This document shows positions 15,245 through 25,300 of a DNA stretch of 64,000 nucleotides, piece after piece (position 1 is the stretch's first letter; the number at the start of each line of letters is the position of its first letter). A program made the translations under genes and the position numbers. Below the pieces are notes generated by a model. That model saw only the letters and a program-made list of their open reading frames with translations, was not told where the DNA came from and searched no databases. The stretch spans positions 70 to 64,069 of IMG/VR virus record IMGVR_UViG_2627853991_000003; one strand, given 5' to 3'. Origin of the DNA: a virus.

Positions 15245-18200
15245 ATCCCCATGCGCACCCGCAGCACGCCGTTACCGTCGTAGACACGGACACTGCTACC
15301 ATCCATCACAAGCCGATTTCCGCTGCCGTCCGCTGCGTTCATTTCGAACCAACCGGTCTTATCCAACCGCCATCCCTGCCGCCCCGCGATGTAGTTGTCG
15401 GACTGGATGTAGCTGCCGATCATCGCGTTCGTAATCCAGCCCGCACCGATCAGCGCCTGACGCAAGAACACCTGCCCGCCCTGCACGACGAACGGCGCAC
15501 CGATCACACCGGAGCCGTCCTCGTCGATCACGGCGAACCGCTTCGCCGACACGAGCACCTGCGATTCGACGACGCCGTTTTCGTTGTCGATGCCCACACC
15601 GATCGACGCCATGTATTTGTGGCCGTCGGCGGTCGTCTGTACCTTGATCTGATACGACGCCGCGACACGTCCGTTCAGGTCGGCGTAGGACTTCGCAACG
15701 GTTTGCACCGCAGCCACGTTGTCGTCCACCTGCGCCTGCACCGTCGTGATGTCCTGCGCCATCGCACGATCAGCTTCGACACGCGCAATCGTCTCCTTCT
15801 GCACCGCGGCGTTCAGCAGATTCGAGCCCGAGTGCAGCTGGGCCGCGACTGTTTCGACCTTCTTCGCGACCGCCATATCGCCCTCGGCGATCGCCGCTTG
15901 CAGTGACCACACGCCAGCATTGAGTCTTTCGTCGCCCGCGTAGATCGTTGCGTCGCCGGCCATCGGCGGGGTGATCAGGTCGATCGGCGCGCGCAGCTCC
16001 GTGCCAAGCGCCGACTTCCCGATCTGGCCGGCGAAATACTTCTCATAGTCGCTTTGATCCGTGCTCGGCTGACCCTGCACGCCCGGCCCCTTCGCCGGGA
16101 ACCACGGCCCGACGTTGCCGGACGTGTCGACCAGGCGCGCCCAGAAATAAAACACCTGCCCGACCGCGAGCCCCTGATACGAGGTCGACGCCTGCGGATA
16201 CGCGAAGTCGGAGAACTTGGTCGCGTCGTCGCGATTCGGCGTACGGCTGTACCAGATCTCCGTTCGCTGCGTGTCGCCAGCGGAACCGTCACCCGGAAAC
16301 GCCCATTTCAGATCGATCCCGTACACGATGCCCGCCGCAGTCAGCGACACGACCGACGGCGGCGGAGTGGTTTTCCCGGTCAGTTGCGTATCGACGCCGT
16401 ACGCCGGAATCGACGTCACGCCGAGCGCGTTCTCGGCGCGCACCCGCGCGAGGTACTTGCCCTGATAGATTCCCGGCACCTCGACCTGCAGGCCGCCTGT
16501 CGACGGCACCTTCACCCACTCGCCGTTATCCTTCCGCCATTCGACGACGTAGCTTGTCGCGTGGTTCGCTGCATCCCACGCGATCACCATCGTTGTTTTC
16601 GAAATGCCCTGATCGACCACCGAGTATGTCGAGAGGCGGACGTTCGACGGCGGCGGCTGCACCGATGGCGGAACGATCGTGATCGGCCGTTGCTGAATCT
16701 GTGCGCCGTCGTCGATCGCCGCGTACTTCCCCGGCTCGTACTGCGTCGCGTTGATCGTGTAGACGATCTGGCCGTCGTCGTCGCTTTCCTGCACGCTCAC
16801 CACGCGATACTGCTGCGCCGCGAGCTCGCGGCTTTCGATCATCCACACAGCGCCCGGCACCGGATCGGCGTCGAAGCGCTCGGCGAGCGTGACCGTGTCG
16901 CCGTCGACCGACTTGACCGCGCGCGCCTGGGCAATACCCGACTGCAGAATCGCCGTGAAGCGATCGCCGGCGGCGATTGTCGGCGCCTTGTCGAGCGTGA
17001 TCCTTTCGCCGGCCGCTGCGCGGATGCGCCCGCCGATCCGGCGGCCGGCCTTCTTAGGGTCGGCAACGGCGATCACCTGTCCCGGCGCACAAAGCGTCCC
17101 GTCGAGCCCGACCTGAAACGACACCGTCCCGGTCTCGTACCGCGACGTCAGCAGCAGCCAGCGCCCGAGCCGGTGCGCCTGCGCCTGCGACGTGCAGCCG
17201 AACGCCGTGACCTCCGTCTTGATGACGCCATATCGCGCGATCCCGTCGTCGTCCTGCACGGGCTCGACAGCTTGCTTGTACTGGTTCGTCGGATCGTTGT
17301 AGCTGACGAGCGCAACCGTGTAACGCGTCTTGCGTTCGCTGCCGACGTACTTGAATGAACCACCGACGACATTCGCGGCCGTGTACAGGTAGACCGGATC
17401 GGACGGCATATCGGCCGACGCGACCACCGACCCGGCGCCCCAGTACGAAATGCCGCGAAAGACGCTCGCGAGATCCTGTACCACCTTGAATGCGTCCGCG
17501 CGCGTCTGAAGCACGCAGTTGCAGGTGAAGCGCGGCTCCTTGCCGCCCTTCCCGTCGGACACGAGTTCGTCGCAGTAACGCGCGATTGCGTACAGCGCCC
17601 ACTTATCGACCATCGAAGCATCGACACGGTCACCCAATCCGTTGAGCTTGTCGAGAAGCAGGCCGTAGTAGACCCACGCCGGATTGTTCGTCCATGCTGC
17701 CTTGAACGTACCGTCCCATGTGCCCGAGTACGTACGCGTCCCCGGGTCGTAGTTTGTCGGGACTCGGAAGATCATCCCTCGCACGTGATACGAACGCACT
17801 GGCACGCTCGAGAACGAACGTGCGTCGAACGTCATACCGACAAGCGCCGTCATCGGATAGCGGAGCTTCCGATCGATGATCTCGGTAATCGCCTCGATGT
17901 TGATCGCGTCGGCGATCGTCGCCGTGTGCGCGTTCGGCGTGATGCGGCGCACGCGGATCAACCAACCATTTTTTGCGCGCGGCAGCTCGATCCGATGCGA
18001 GCGCTCATAGAGCGACGTTGTCTTGCCGTCGAACGCACCGGCCAGCACCTGCGCATACGACCCGCCGTCGACCGACAAGTCGATCGCATAGTCGACGCGA
18101 TAGCCCGTGATATTGCCGTTCGACGTGTCCTGACGCTGTAGCGCCGGCACACCGAAGCGCACGCGCACCGCAGTCAGTTGCGTATTCTGGATTTGGCGCA

Positions 18201-18543
18201 CCCACGGCGCGTCGGACGTCAGCGGCACGCCGACGCCGGCCTCACGCTCGACGGCCGGAAAACCCGGGATGTAGTCCTGATCCTGCGTGCCGGTTCGCGC
18301 GTCGACGGTGTAGTTCTGGAAATTCAGCGAGCCGTCCGCGTTCTGGATCGGCGTGCCGTCGAGATAGACCGACTGCAGGCCATTCACCAGCCCCACGATG
18401 GGCCCCGCCGAGATCACGTCGAGCACCTTCGCGCGCGCAATCGAATGCAGGCTGTCGGGCGATTCACTGCTGCCACCGCCACCACCACCTCCCTTGGCGC
18501 CGTAGATGCGCTTCACCCCGCCTTCAGCATGGACCTTCTTCAA
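15238..18543 (-). CDS. Host-specificity/central tail fibre protein (lambda gpJ family)
   Basis: Its 1100-aa length, the tail-gene position after gpI and the C-terminal receptor-binding region all fit. A TTG start with SD GGAGGA overlaps the gpI stop (TTGA). Confidence 0.85.
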   Translation of the reverse strand: MKKVHAEGGVKRIYGAKGGGGGGGSSESPDSLHSIARAKVLDVISAGPIVGLVNGLQSVYLDGTPIQNADGSLNFQNYTVDARTGTQDQDYIPGFPAVEREAGVGVPLTSDAPWVRQIQNTQLTAVRVRFGVPALQRQDTSNGNITGYRVDYAIDLSVDGGSYAQVLAGAFDGKTTSLYERSHRIELPRAKNGWLIRVRRITPNAHTATIADAINIEAITEIIDRKLRYPMTALVGMTFDARSFSSVPVRSYHVRGMIFRVPTNYDPGTRTYSGTWDGTFKAAWTNNPAWVYYGLLLDKLNGLGDRVDASMVDKWALYAIARYCDELVSDGKGGKEPRFTCNCVLQTRADAFKVVQDLASVFRGISYWGAGSVVASADMPSDPVYLYTAANVVGGSFKYVGSERKTRYTVALVSYNDPTNQYKQAVEPVQDDDGIARYGVIKTEVTAFGCTSQAQAHRLGRWLLLTSRYETGTVSFQVGLDGTLCAPGQVIAVADPKKAGRRIGGRIRAAAGERITLDKAPTIAAGDRFTAILQSGIAQARAVKSVDGDTVTLAERFDADPVPGAVWMIESRELAAQQYRVVSVQESDDDGQIVYTINATQYEPGKYAAIDDGAQIQQRPITIVPPSVQPPPSNVRLSTYSVVDQGISKTTMVIAWDAANHATSYVVEWRKDNGEWVKVPSTGGLQVEVPGIYQGKYLARVRAENALGVTSIPAYGVDTQLTGKTTPPPSVVSLTAAGIVYGIDLKWAFPGDGSAGDTQRTEIWYSRTPNRDDATKFSDFAYPQASTSYQGLAVGQVFYFWARLVDTSGNVGPWFPAKGPGVQGQPSTDQSDYEKYFAGQIGKSALGTELRAPIDLITPPMAGDATIYAGDERLNAGVWSLQAAIAEGDMAVAKKVETVAAQLHSGSNLLNAAVQKETIARVEADRAMAQDITTVQAQVDDNVAAVQTVAKSYADLNGRVAASYQIKVQTTADGHKYMASIGVGIDNENGVVESQVLVSAKRFAVIDEDGSGVIGAPFVVQGGQVFLRQALIGAGWITNAMIGSYIQSDNYIAGRQGWRLDKTGWFEMNAADGSGNRLVMDGSSVRVYDGNGVLRVRMGMW

Positions 18544-19106
18544 ACCTGATCCTCCGCATAGATTCCCGAACTGACCACCTTCGAGCCGACGACCATTTCG
18601 CCGATGACGAGCGGCACCGGCTCGCCCTGCGCAGCGCTGTTCACGGGTCCGTTGAAGTAGTACGACGTGCCGTTGTTCGCCGTCCCCGCGAGGCCGGCCT
18701 GTTGCGGACTGAGCATCTGCACGATGCCGCCCAGCGCCATCGACGCGCCGAGCCCCATCAGCGATGTGCCCCACGGCTGCGCGAAACCGAACGTCGCCAC
18801 CGCGCCAACGGCAACGAGTGCGGCGCCGAGAATCGTGTTGAAGAGCCCGCCGCGCTTACTGCCGACGATTACCGGCGCAATGCGGATCTCGTCGCGCCCG
18901 ACCGGATGCTCGAGCTCGTCCTCGTCGAGATTGCGCCGGCCGTTGAACACGGCGAACGTGAGGCCGGCGTCGCGCGCCGACGTCAGGAACGCACGGAAGC
19001 CGGGAATCAGCACCGATAGCGCGCGCACCGCCTCTGCGGTCGACGAGACGGCAAGGCGGTGAATGCGTCCGAAACGCACGCCGAGCGTGCCGTACAGCCT
19101 TATCAT
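18540..19106 (-). CDS. Tail assembly protein (lambda gpI-like)
   Basis: MIRLYGTLGVRFGRIHRLAVSS... resembles the lambda I N-terminus. C-terminal hydrophobic region. It sits between K and J. Confidence 0.7.
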   Translation of the reverse strand: MIRLYGTLGVRFGRIHRLAVSSTAEAVRALSVLIPGFRAFLTSARDAGLTFAVFNGRRNLDEDELEHPVGRDEIRIAPVIVGSKRGGLFNTILGAALVAVGAVATFGFAQPWGTSLMGLGASMALGGIVQMLSPQQAGLAGTANNGTSYYFNGPVNSAAQGEPVPLVIGEMVVGSKVVSSGIYAEDQV

Positions 19107-19120
19107 GCGAAGCGTCTCGC

Positions 19121-19873
19121 TCACTTCCTGTCTCCCACGTAGCGCAGCACCGTCGTGCAGCTGTCGGCCCACATTCCGCCCCACACCGCGCGCGTCGACA
19201 GACGCCCGTGCATGTGGTGCAGGAATTGCCCGTCACCGAGATACACGCCCGCGTGATTCGGCACACCGTTCTTGCTGCGGATCTGCATCAGCAGCACGTC
19301 GCCGACCTGCAACGTCACGTCGCGGCCGACGTCGAGAAAGCCAGCGTCCTGATAGTGGTTGAGGTAGAGATTCGATCGGCCATCGTTCCACCACTCGTCC
19401 TCGCGCTCGAAGTCGGGTAGCGCGACGCCGCGCTCGGCGAGATACCAGTCGCGCACGATCGCGTAGCAGTCGTGCACGCCATGGACGAACTGGCGGCCGA
19501 CTAGTCGCGCGACGTAGCCTCCCGGCTCGAATTCGCACCAGTCGTCGATGCCGATCGAGCCATCGGCCTGCACGCCGAGCGACACGATCACCCATTTCGC
19601 GATGCCGCTGCGCCCGCACATCGTGCGGTCCTCGTCGGTCGGCTGTGCCGATGCGCCGGGATGCGAATGAACGAGAGCGACAATCTCGCCCATGTCTTCG
19701 GCCGCTGCGTAGTCCTCCGCTGCGAGCGCGAACTGGTCGGTTGGTGCGGCCGCGAGGTTGCGGCAGCGCACGTATATCTCGCCGCTCTCGGTCTTCACAA
19801 CGAGCCCGCAGCACTCGCGCGGGTACTCGGCCAGCGCGTGCGCCGCGATAGCGTTCTTGATCTGTTCGTCCAT
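19121..19873 (-). CDS. Tail assembly protein (lambda gpK-like; JAB/MPN plus NlpC/P60)
   Basis: ECCGLVV...HSHP JAB motif and a downstream Cys/His NlpC/P60 region. Confidence 0.8.
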   Translation of the reverse strand: MDEQIKNAIAAHALAEYPRECCGLVVKTESGEIYVRCRNLAAAPTDQFALAAEDYAAAEDMGEIVALVHSHPGASAQPTDEDRTMCGRSGIAKWVIVSLGVQADGSIGIDDWCEFEPGGYVARLVGRQFVHGVHDCYAIVRDWYLAERGVALPDFEREDEWWNDGRSNLYLNHYQDAGFLDVGRDVTLQVGDVLLMQIRSKNGVPNHAGVYLGDGQFLHHMHGRLSTRAVWGGMWADSCTTVLRYVGDRK

Positions 19874-19922
19874 AAAAAAACCCGCCGTGTGGCGGGTCCT
19901 CATATCGAAATTGGTTCGTGCG

Positions 19923-20606
19923 TCAGGCCATCGTGTCGCACAGGAAGCCGTCGAACGGCAATGGGTTGTTCACACCGAATCGACGTTCGCAACCGCTGAT
20001 CTTCTTGCTGCATCGATCGAGCGCGGGATCGCTTACCGGGTTGTCGTCCTTGTCGAAACACGCCGCACCGATATAGCCGCACTCGGGACCGCGATACCCC
20101 AATTGGCAGATCGAAATGATCTGCCGCTTCGGCAGTTGCTGGCCGCCAAAGTCGAGCGGCGACGACAGCGTGAATTCGACGTGCAATCCCGGCTGCTCGT
20201 CGCTCTTCTGCTCGATCCGCCACTGCTGCGGCGGCAATTCTTCGTTCGGGTCCGCCGTCGGATTGCCGGCCGGAAAGTTCACGGCGTCGAGGTAGCGCGC
20301 GAGTGTCCGGCGCCGGAACACCTTCGCGCCGACGAGATCACCAAGCGCAACGCACAGCGCCGAAATCGTTCCGTTGATGTCACCCACCCGCAGCGTCGGC
20401 GATGGCTGCTGCGCGTCGGATGTCTGCTCGAAGCCGGTGGCCTGAATCGGCCACGACCTGTACTCGCGCCCCTGCCATACGATCGACGTCGACTGAAGAT
20501 GCCGATGAAAGCGCAGCACGTCGGCGCCGATTTCCGTACAGTCGACTTCGAAAAACTCAATCAGACGGCCCGGCTCCAGCTGCTGGACGTCTGCCGTTAC
20601 ACTCAC
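19923..20606 (-). CDS. Minor tail protein (lambda gpL-like)
   Basis: ...WQGREYRSWPIQATGFE...RYLDAVNFPAGNPTADP...CQLGYRGPECGY...CSKKISGCERRFG aligns with lambda L. A GTG start overlaps the upstream stop. Confidence 0.8.
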   Translation of the reverse strand: MSVTADVQQLEPGRLIEFFEVDCTEIGADVLRFHRHLQSTSIVWQGREYRSWPIQATGFEQTSDAQQPSPTLRVGDINGTISALCVALGDLVGAKVFRRRTLARYLDAVNFPAGNPTADPNEELPPQQWRIEQKSDEQPGLHVEFTLSSPLDFGGQQLPKRQIISICQLGYRGPECGYIGAACFDKDDNPVSDPALDRCSKKISGCERRFGVNNPLPFDGFLCDTMA

Positions 20607-21991
20607 TTCGCCGCCTCCAATTCCGCAATCCGCCTGAGCGCGTCCTGTAACGCCGCATCCGTCTCGAGCAAGCCGGCCAACAGCACGCCGACGGCATTCG
20701 TGTAACGGAAGGTCAGCGACGGCCGCCCCTTCGACGGCCCGCTCTCGCCGAAAATTTCCTTGCCTCTCTCGTCGTACTGACGCACGATGAAATCGCCGTC
20801 CTCGTCGATCTCGGGCCCCTCGCCGAGCAGTTCCGGGAAATCCCACCACTCGTTTGCGATGACGCCAGCCTGTCGCCCCGCTTCCGGACTGCTTTTTTGC
20901 AGAAACGTCACGCCCCGCTTACCGCGCAGCCGCGCCATTACGTTCTCAAGCGTCTGGATATCGGATTTGAAAGCACGATCGGACGCCTGATTGAAATTCG
21001 AAGCTGTCAACACCCCGAACGTTGTAGCGTTGTAGTTGACGCACTGCAATTCGGCGACCGAGGTGTTGCTGGAAATCCGAAACTGCGCGCCAACTGTGTT
21101 GTTCAACCCGGAGAATCCAAGATAGCTGAGGCCGCCCATCCCGTTCAGGTATAGCGACGCTTGCGTATGAAGCCCGGTGGCACCGACGGCGATTTCCTGC
21201 GCCTGCGTAAACGTCTTCTTCGTCCCGACGTACTGCGGTGTGTCAAGCGTCATCGGTTGTGCAAGGTTGCCGCTGTGCCAGAGATAGCCGAGGTATTTTC
21301 CGTCGACCGTCGCCCCGAGCTGGCCAGCCGTCTTCTTCCCCCAGTCGAATCGAAGAGCGTTCCCCTTGTCGCACACTGCGACTACCTCGTCGTTGACACG
21401 AAACGTATGGTCGCTGAGTAGGTATTGGTACGATCCTCCGGCGTCTAAAGACCACCACCCCACCGACCCGCTATTTCCGTAGAAATAGCCGGGCATCTTG
21501 CCAAGCACAAGGTGGCCTTCGTCGCTTTGAACCGCCGCAGACAGATCGCCCCCCACCGTCAGCTTGCCGCCGACAACCTCGTCCCACATCATTCGACCGC
21601 GCTCGGCGACGTGCCAGTTCTTCACACCGTCCGACACGTACTTCACCCAGTCGCCGGCATTCAGCACGTTCAGTTGAGACAGGTCGCCGGCTTGAAACTT
21701 GATCACGACCCTTCCCTGAACGTTGAACAAGTGAATACAGGAATTTGGCGGCACGGACGACGCGAGCGGAAACCCGACTTCCTTTCCCGGCTCGGTCATC
21801 CAAATCCCGAACCGCTTTCCGATATCGTCCGGCGTCAGGTTCGTACTATCGTTGAGATACCTGAGATCGAGCGGAGTCGAACGTTCGACTACACCGAAAT
21901 TCTCGTTCGTCTTGATGTGCGCGACGCGGTTGTTGTCGCCGCCACTTCCGCTGGGTGGCTCGCCCAAGACGATTTTTTGAAGTATCGACAT
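20603..21991 (-). CDS. Tail fibre protein with a C-terminal intramolecular-chaperone (peptidase S74-like) domain, inserted between gpM and gpL
   Basis: Gly/Ser-rich beta-repeat body. The C-terminal SDRAFKSDIQTLENVMARLRGKRGVTF...ELEAAK matches the endosialidase-type chaperone. Confidence 0.65.
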   Translation of the reverse strand: MSILQKIVLGEPPSGSGGDNNRVAHIKTNENFGVVERSTPLDLRYLNDSTNLTPDDIGKRFGIWMTEPGKEVGFPLASSVPPNSCIHLFNVQGRVVIKFQAGDLSQLNVLNAGDWVKYVSDGVKNWHVAERGRMMWDEVVGGKLTVGGDLSAAVQSDEGHLVLGKMPGYFYGNSGSVGWWSLDAGGSYQYLLSDHTFRVNDEVVAVCDKGNALRFDWGKKTAGQLGATVDGKYLGYLWHSGNLAQPMTLDTPQYVGTKKTFTQAQEIAVGATGLHTQASLYLNGMGGLSYLGFSGLNNTVGAQFRISSNTSVAELQCVNYNATTFGVLTASNFNQASDRAFKSDIQTLENVMARLRGKRGVTFLQKSSPEAGRQAGVIANEWWDFPELLGEGPEIDEDGDFIVRQYDERGKEIFGESGPSKGRPSLTFRYTNAVGVLLAGLLETDAALQDALRRIAELEAAK

Positions 21992-21999
21992 CTGAACTC

Positions 22000-22338
22000 C
22001 TATACAGAGAACGTCTCTTCGAACTGCGCCGTCATCGTGTAGACGGCGCCGTTCTTGATCGGCTCGGAGTACTTTTCGCAGACGAAGAGTCCGCGGGCGC
22101 GAAGCGGCGGCGTCCAGTAGAACGACTCCGCGCCCGCATGCCGATCGAGGAAATCGATGATCGCGGCAACCTTCGCCGCGTTACCGACAAACCGCAGATT
22201 GAATGTCGATTCGCGATTATTCAGGCCGTCCGCGGCCCGCTGGGTGTAGCCGTCGCCGAACTGGGCTTTGCGCACACGCAGCGTCGTATCGCCGCCGTGC
22301 CCTTGTACCGTCGACGGCCATTCAAATGTGTCTTTCAT
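22000..22338 (-). CDS. Minor tail protein (lambda gpM-like)
   Basis: MKDTFEWPSTVQGHGGDTTLRVRKAQFGDGYTQRAADGLN...FYWTPP resembles lambda M (RKVRFGDGYSQRA...WTPP). Confidence 0.75.
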   Translation of the reverse strand: MKDTFEWPSTVQGHGGDTTLRVRKAQFGDGYTQRAADGLNNRESTFNLRFVGNAAKVAAIIDFLDRHAGAESFYWTPPLRARGLFVCEKYSEPIKNGAVYTMTAQFEETFSV

Positions 22339-25300
22339 CCTGCAATCCCGTTTTGCGCTCTCCACAAGGTTCCGCCCTGCCGGCGTTCACGTTGTATGAG
22401 CTCGCGTATCATCTGTTCCAGCATCTTTCGGAACTCCCCAACCGCGATCAGGCTCGCGGGGTTCGACGATCCGCCCTCGATCGAAACTGGCGCGCTGACC
22501 GAGATCCCGCCGTTGCGCGCCGGCGAATCCCCTCCTCCCGCGCTCCCGCCAACGAGCCCACCCGCGGCGAATCGCGCGAAGCCGGATCGCCCCCCTGCGT
22601 TCAATCGCTCAAGGTGTGCGCGCACGCCCGGCTGCGACACCACTGCGGCGCGGACCACGAACTCGCCGTTCGAAAGCTGCGCCGGGATGCTGTCGCTCGT
22701 GGACGTGCCCGGTCCCCACACCGCCCCGCCCGTCGCGAGATGAAAGCCGTAGGCGTTCGAGCCGACAGCCGCGCTTGCCGCACCACCGAGCGCGCCGACG
22801 GCATCAGAGACACCGCCGAATCCCAAAGCGGAGCCGATCGCTCCGAACACCTGAGACATCGCCGCACGCGCCGAAAACCGCGCGAGGTCGGCGATCATGC
22901 TGTCAATCAGTCCGCGGAAATTGAGCTTGCCCGACGCCGCGAACGACACGAGTGCATCCTCGGCATTGCGGAACGAACTCGTCAGCGCCTCCTCGGCCAT
23001 CTGCGCTGCGTTCTGCGCGGATTCCTGATAGACCGCCATCGCCCGCTTCACGCCGACGCGCCAGTCGGCCTGCAATGCGAGCCGCTGCTCGAGATAGCCG
23101 CGCTCGCGCGCGACCTGCTCCGCCTCTGCTGTGTTGATGCGCTCGATCTCGGCGATGTACTCGGGCGAGCCAAGCGTGCCGTCCTTTCGCGCGCCCTTCG
23201 TCAGTTCGTCCCGTCGACGGCGAAACTCGTCGCCCACGCGATTGATGGCCTGATTCAGCTCGCGCGCGTTGTCACCCATCGACATCGCCCCGAGTTCGCG
23301 CTGCACGTCACGCTGACGCTCGGCCGCGTAGTCACCGAGCTCCGCGTCGATCTGCGCACTGCGCTCCTTCAGCTTGTTGATCGCGTCGCGATAGCGCACC
23401 TCCTTTTCCAGTTGCGACGCTTGCTCGTACATCCCGCGAATCGCCTGCTGATCGCGAAGCAGGCTCTTGTCGTCGTCCGACAGCTTCTTGCGCTTGCTGC
23501 GCAGATCCGTCACCTTTTGATCGAACGCGAGGAGATCCTTTTGCGACTGCGTCAGCTTGTCGGTTGCGACCGCCTCGACGCGCAGTTGCGCGATCCGCTG
23601 CCGGATGTTGTCGAGCATGCGCTCGCTTTCCAGCGAATGAACACCGCCCCCCTTCGCCGCGCGAGCCGCTGCCGCGTTGGTCGACACACGTGCTGTCTGT
23701 GCAGAGGCAGAGGCGACCGTCTCGTCGAAGGCTTGCTTTCCGCGCGCGGCGGCCGCGGCGCGAGCTGCGTCAGCATTGAAGCCGAATTTCTCGAACTTCT
23801 TGCTCGACAGATCGGCTTGGAACTCCTCAAGCGCCTTCGCGACCACCATCTGCTGATTCATCAGCGCGAGCTCGCGCGTCAGATTGTCGATGTTGGTTCG
23901 CGCCCCCGCTGCGGCTTTCGCATCCTTGTCGGCAATCGCTTTTTCGAGCGACTTGTATGCGTCCGCTCGTCCGGCGACGAGGCCGGCCATGCGGGCCTGC
24001 GCATCATTCGCGCCCTTCGTCCGCGCTTCGTACTCGGCCTTCTGGCGGGCCGTCATACCGATGACGTCGGATTCTTCCCTGAGCTTGTGGACATATTTCT
24101 CCCACGCCTCCGATGCCATTCCGCCGGCGAAGAAGTTGTTCGCGTCAGAAAGCAGCCGAACGCCCTCGGCGGCCCCCCTTGCCGCAGCATCCATTGCAGC
24201 GAGTGCCTGTGCGCCTTTCTGCGAAGCGAGGCCCGCCGTGTCGATCGCGCCCGCGGCGCGCACCAGTTCCTCGCGCAGCGCTTCGCCGCCGCTCGTCGCC
24301 GACACGAAGCGGTCAATCAGTCGCCCGATCTCGCGCGATTTCTCGTCGACGCCGAGGTTCGACGTCTTGAGGCGATCCAGGCCGGCGAGGAATCGATCGA
24401 GCGCTGCCTGATCGGCATCCGAGACCACCGACGGCGCATCGCCAAACGTCGGCACCATGACACTTTGCGCCGCCCGCGTCGCCAAACTCCGATATGCCGA
24501 CTGCGCGTCATCGGCCGCCCGCGACGCCTCTTGCTTCGTGCGCAGCCGCTCAGATTCCTGTAACAGCGGCGTCAGTTGCCGATATTTGTCGATGATCTGA
24601 TCGAGCGGCGCCTGCATGTCGATCAGACTCGACGTCGCGCTGCTCGCGTTGTCGCGAAACAGCAGCCAGTTCGCGGCAGCCCCAAGCGCCACCGTGCCCA
24701 CGGTCGCCAGAATTCCCGGTAAGCCGCCGACCGCCGCCAGCAAGCCGGAACCAACCGAGCGCATCATCGTGCCCGTACGCGCGAGCGCCGTCTGCGCCGT
24801 CGCCGCGCTTTCGGTCGCCGTCTTCAGACCCGCCGCGGTCGCGGTCGCCGCGCGTTCCGCTCGCTCACGAGCCTGCGTGGCAAGCGCGACATCACGCTCG
24901 GCTTGCGCAAGGCCGCGGTCCGTCTCGGCCAGCGACGCCGTATAACGCGCTTTGTCGATCGTGCCTTGCTTCGCTGCCGCCTCAAGCGCCGTACGCCGCT
25001 GCTGCGCGAGCGCAAGCGACGCTTCGGCGCGCTCGAGCTCCTGCTGTGCGGCTGCCGTCTCGCGAGCGATGATCGCCGCGTAGGGCGTGCCCGTGATGCG
25101 CGCGCCGATTTCCTGACTGCCGGCGACGTTGGCGCGCGCCGTTGCGACGTGAGCTTGCGCCGTCGCCTCGACCGCCCGCGCTTCGGCAAGCTTCGCTTCC
25201 GTGTACTTGATCGAGCCAGCCGTCAATGCCGACTGCATCGCAAGGCTTTCGCGCATCGCTCGCATGCCCGCGAGCTCGGCCTGCGCTGAAGCCTCCGCCG

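Noticed and set aside
16054-17358. 434-aa plus-strand ORF inside the gpJ region
   Set aside because: Antisense to a well-supported 1100-aa tail gene. Arg-rich, low-complexity translation.
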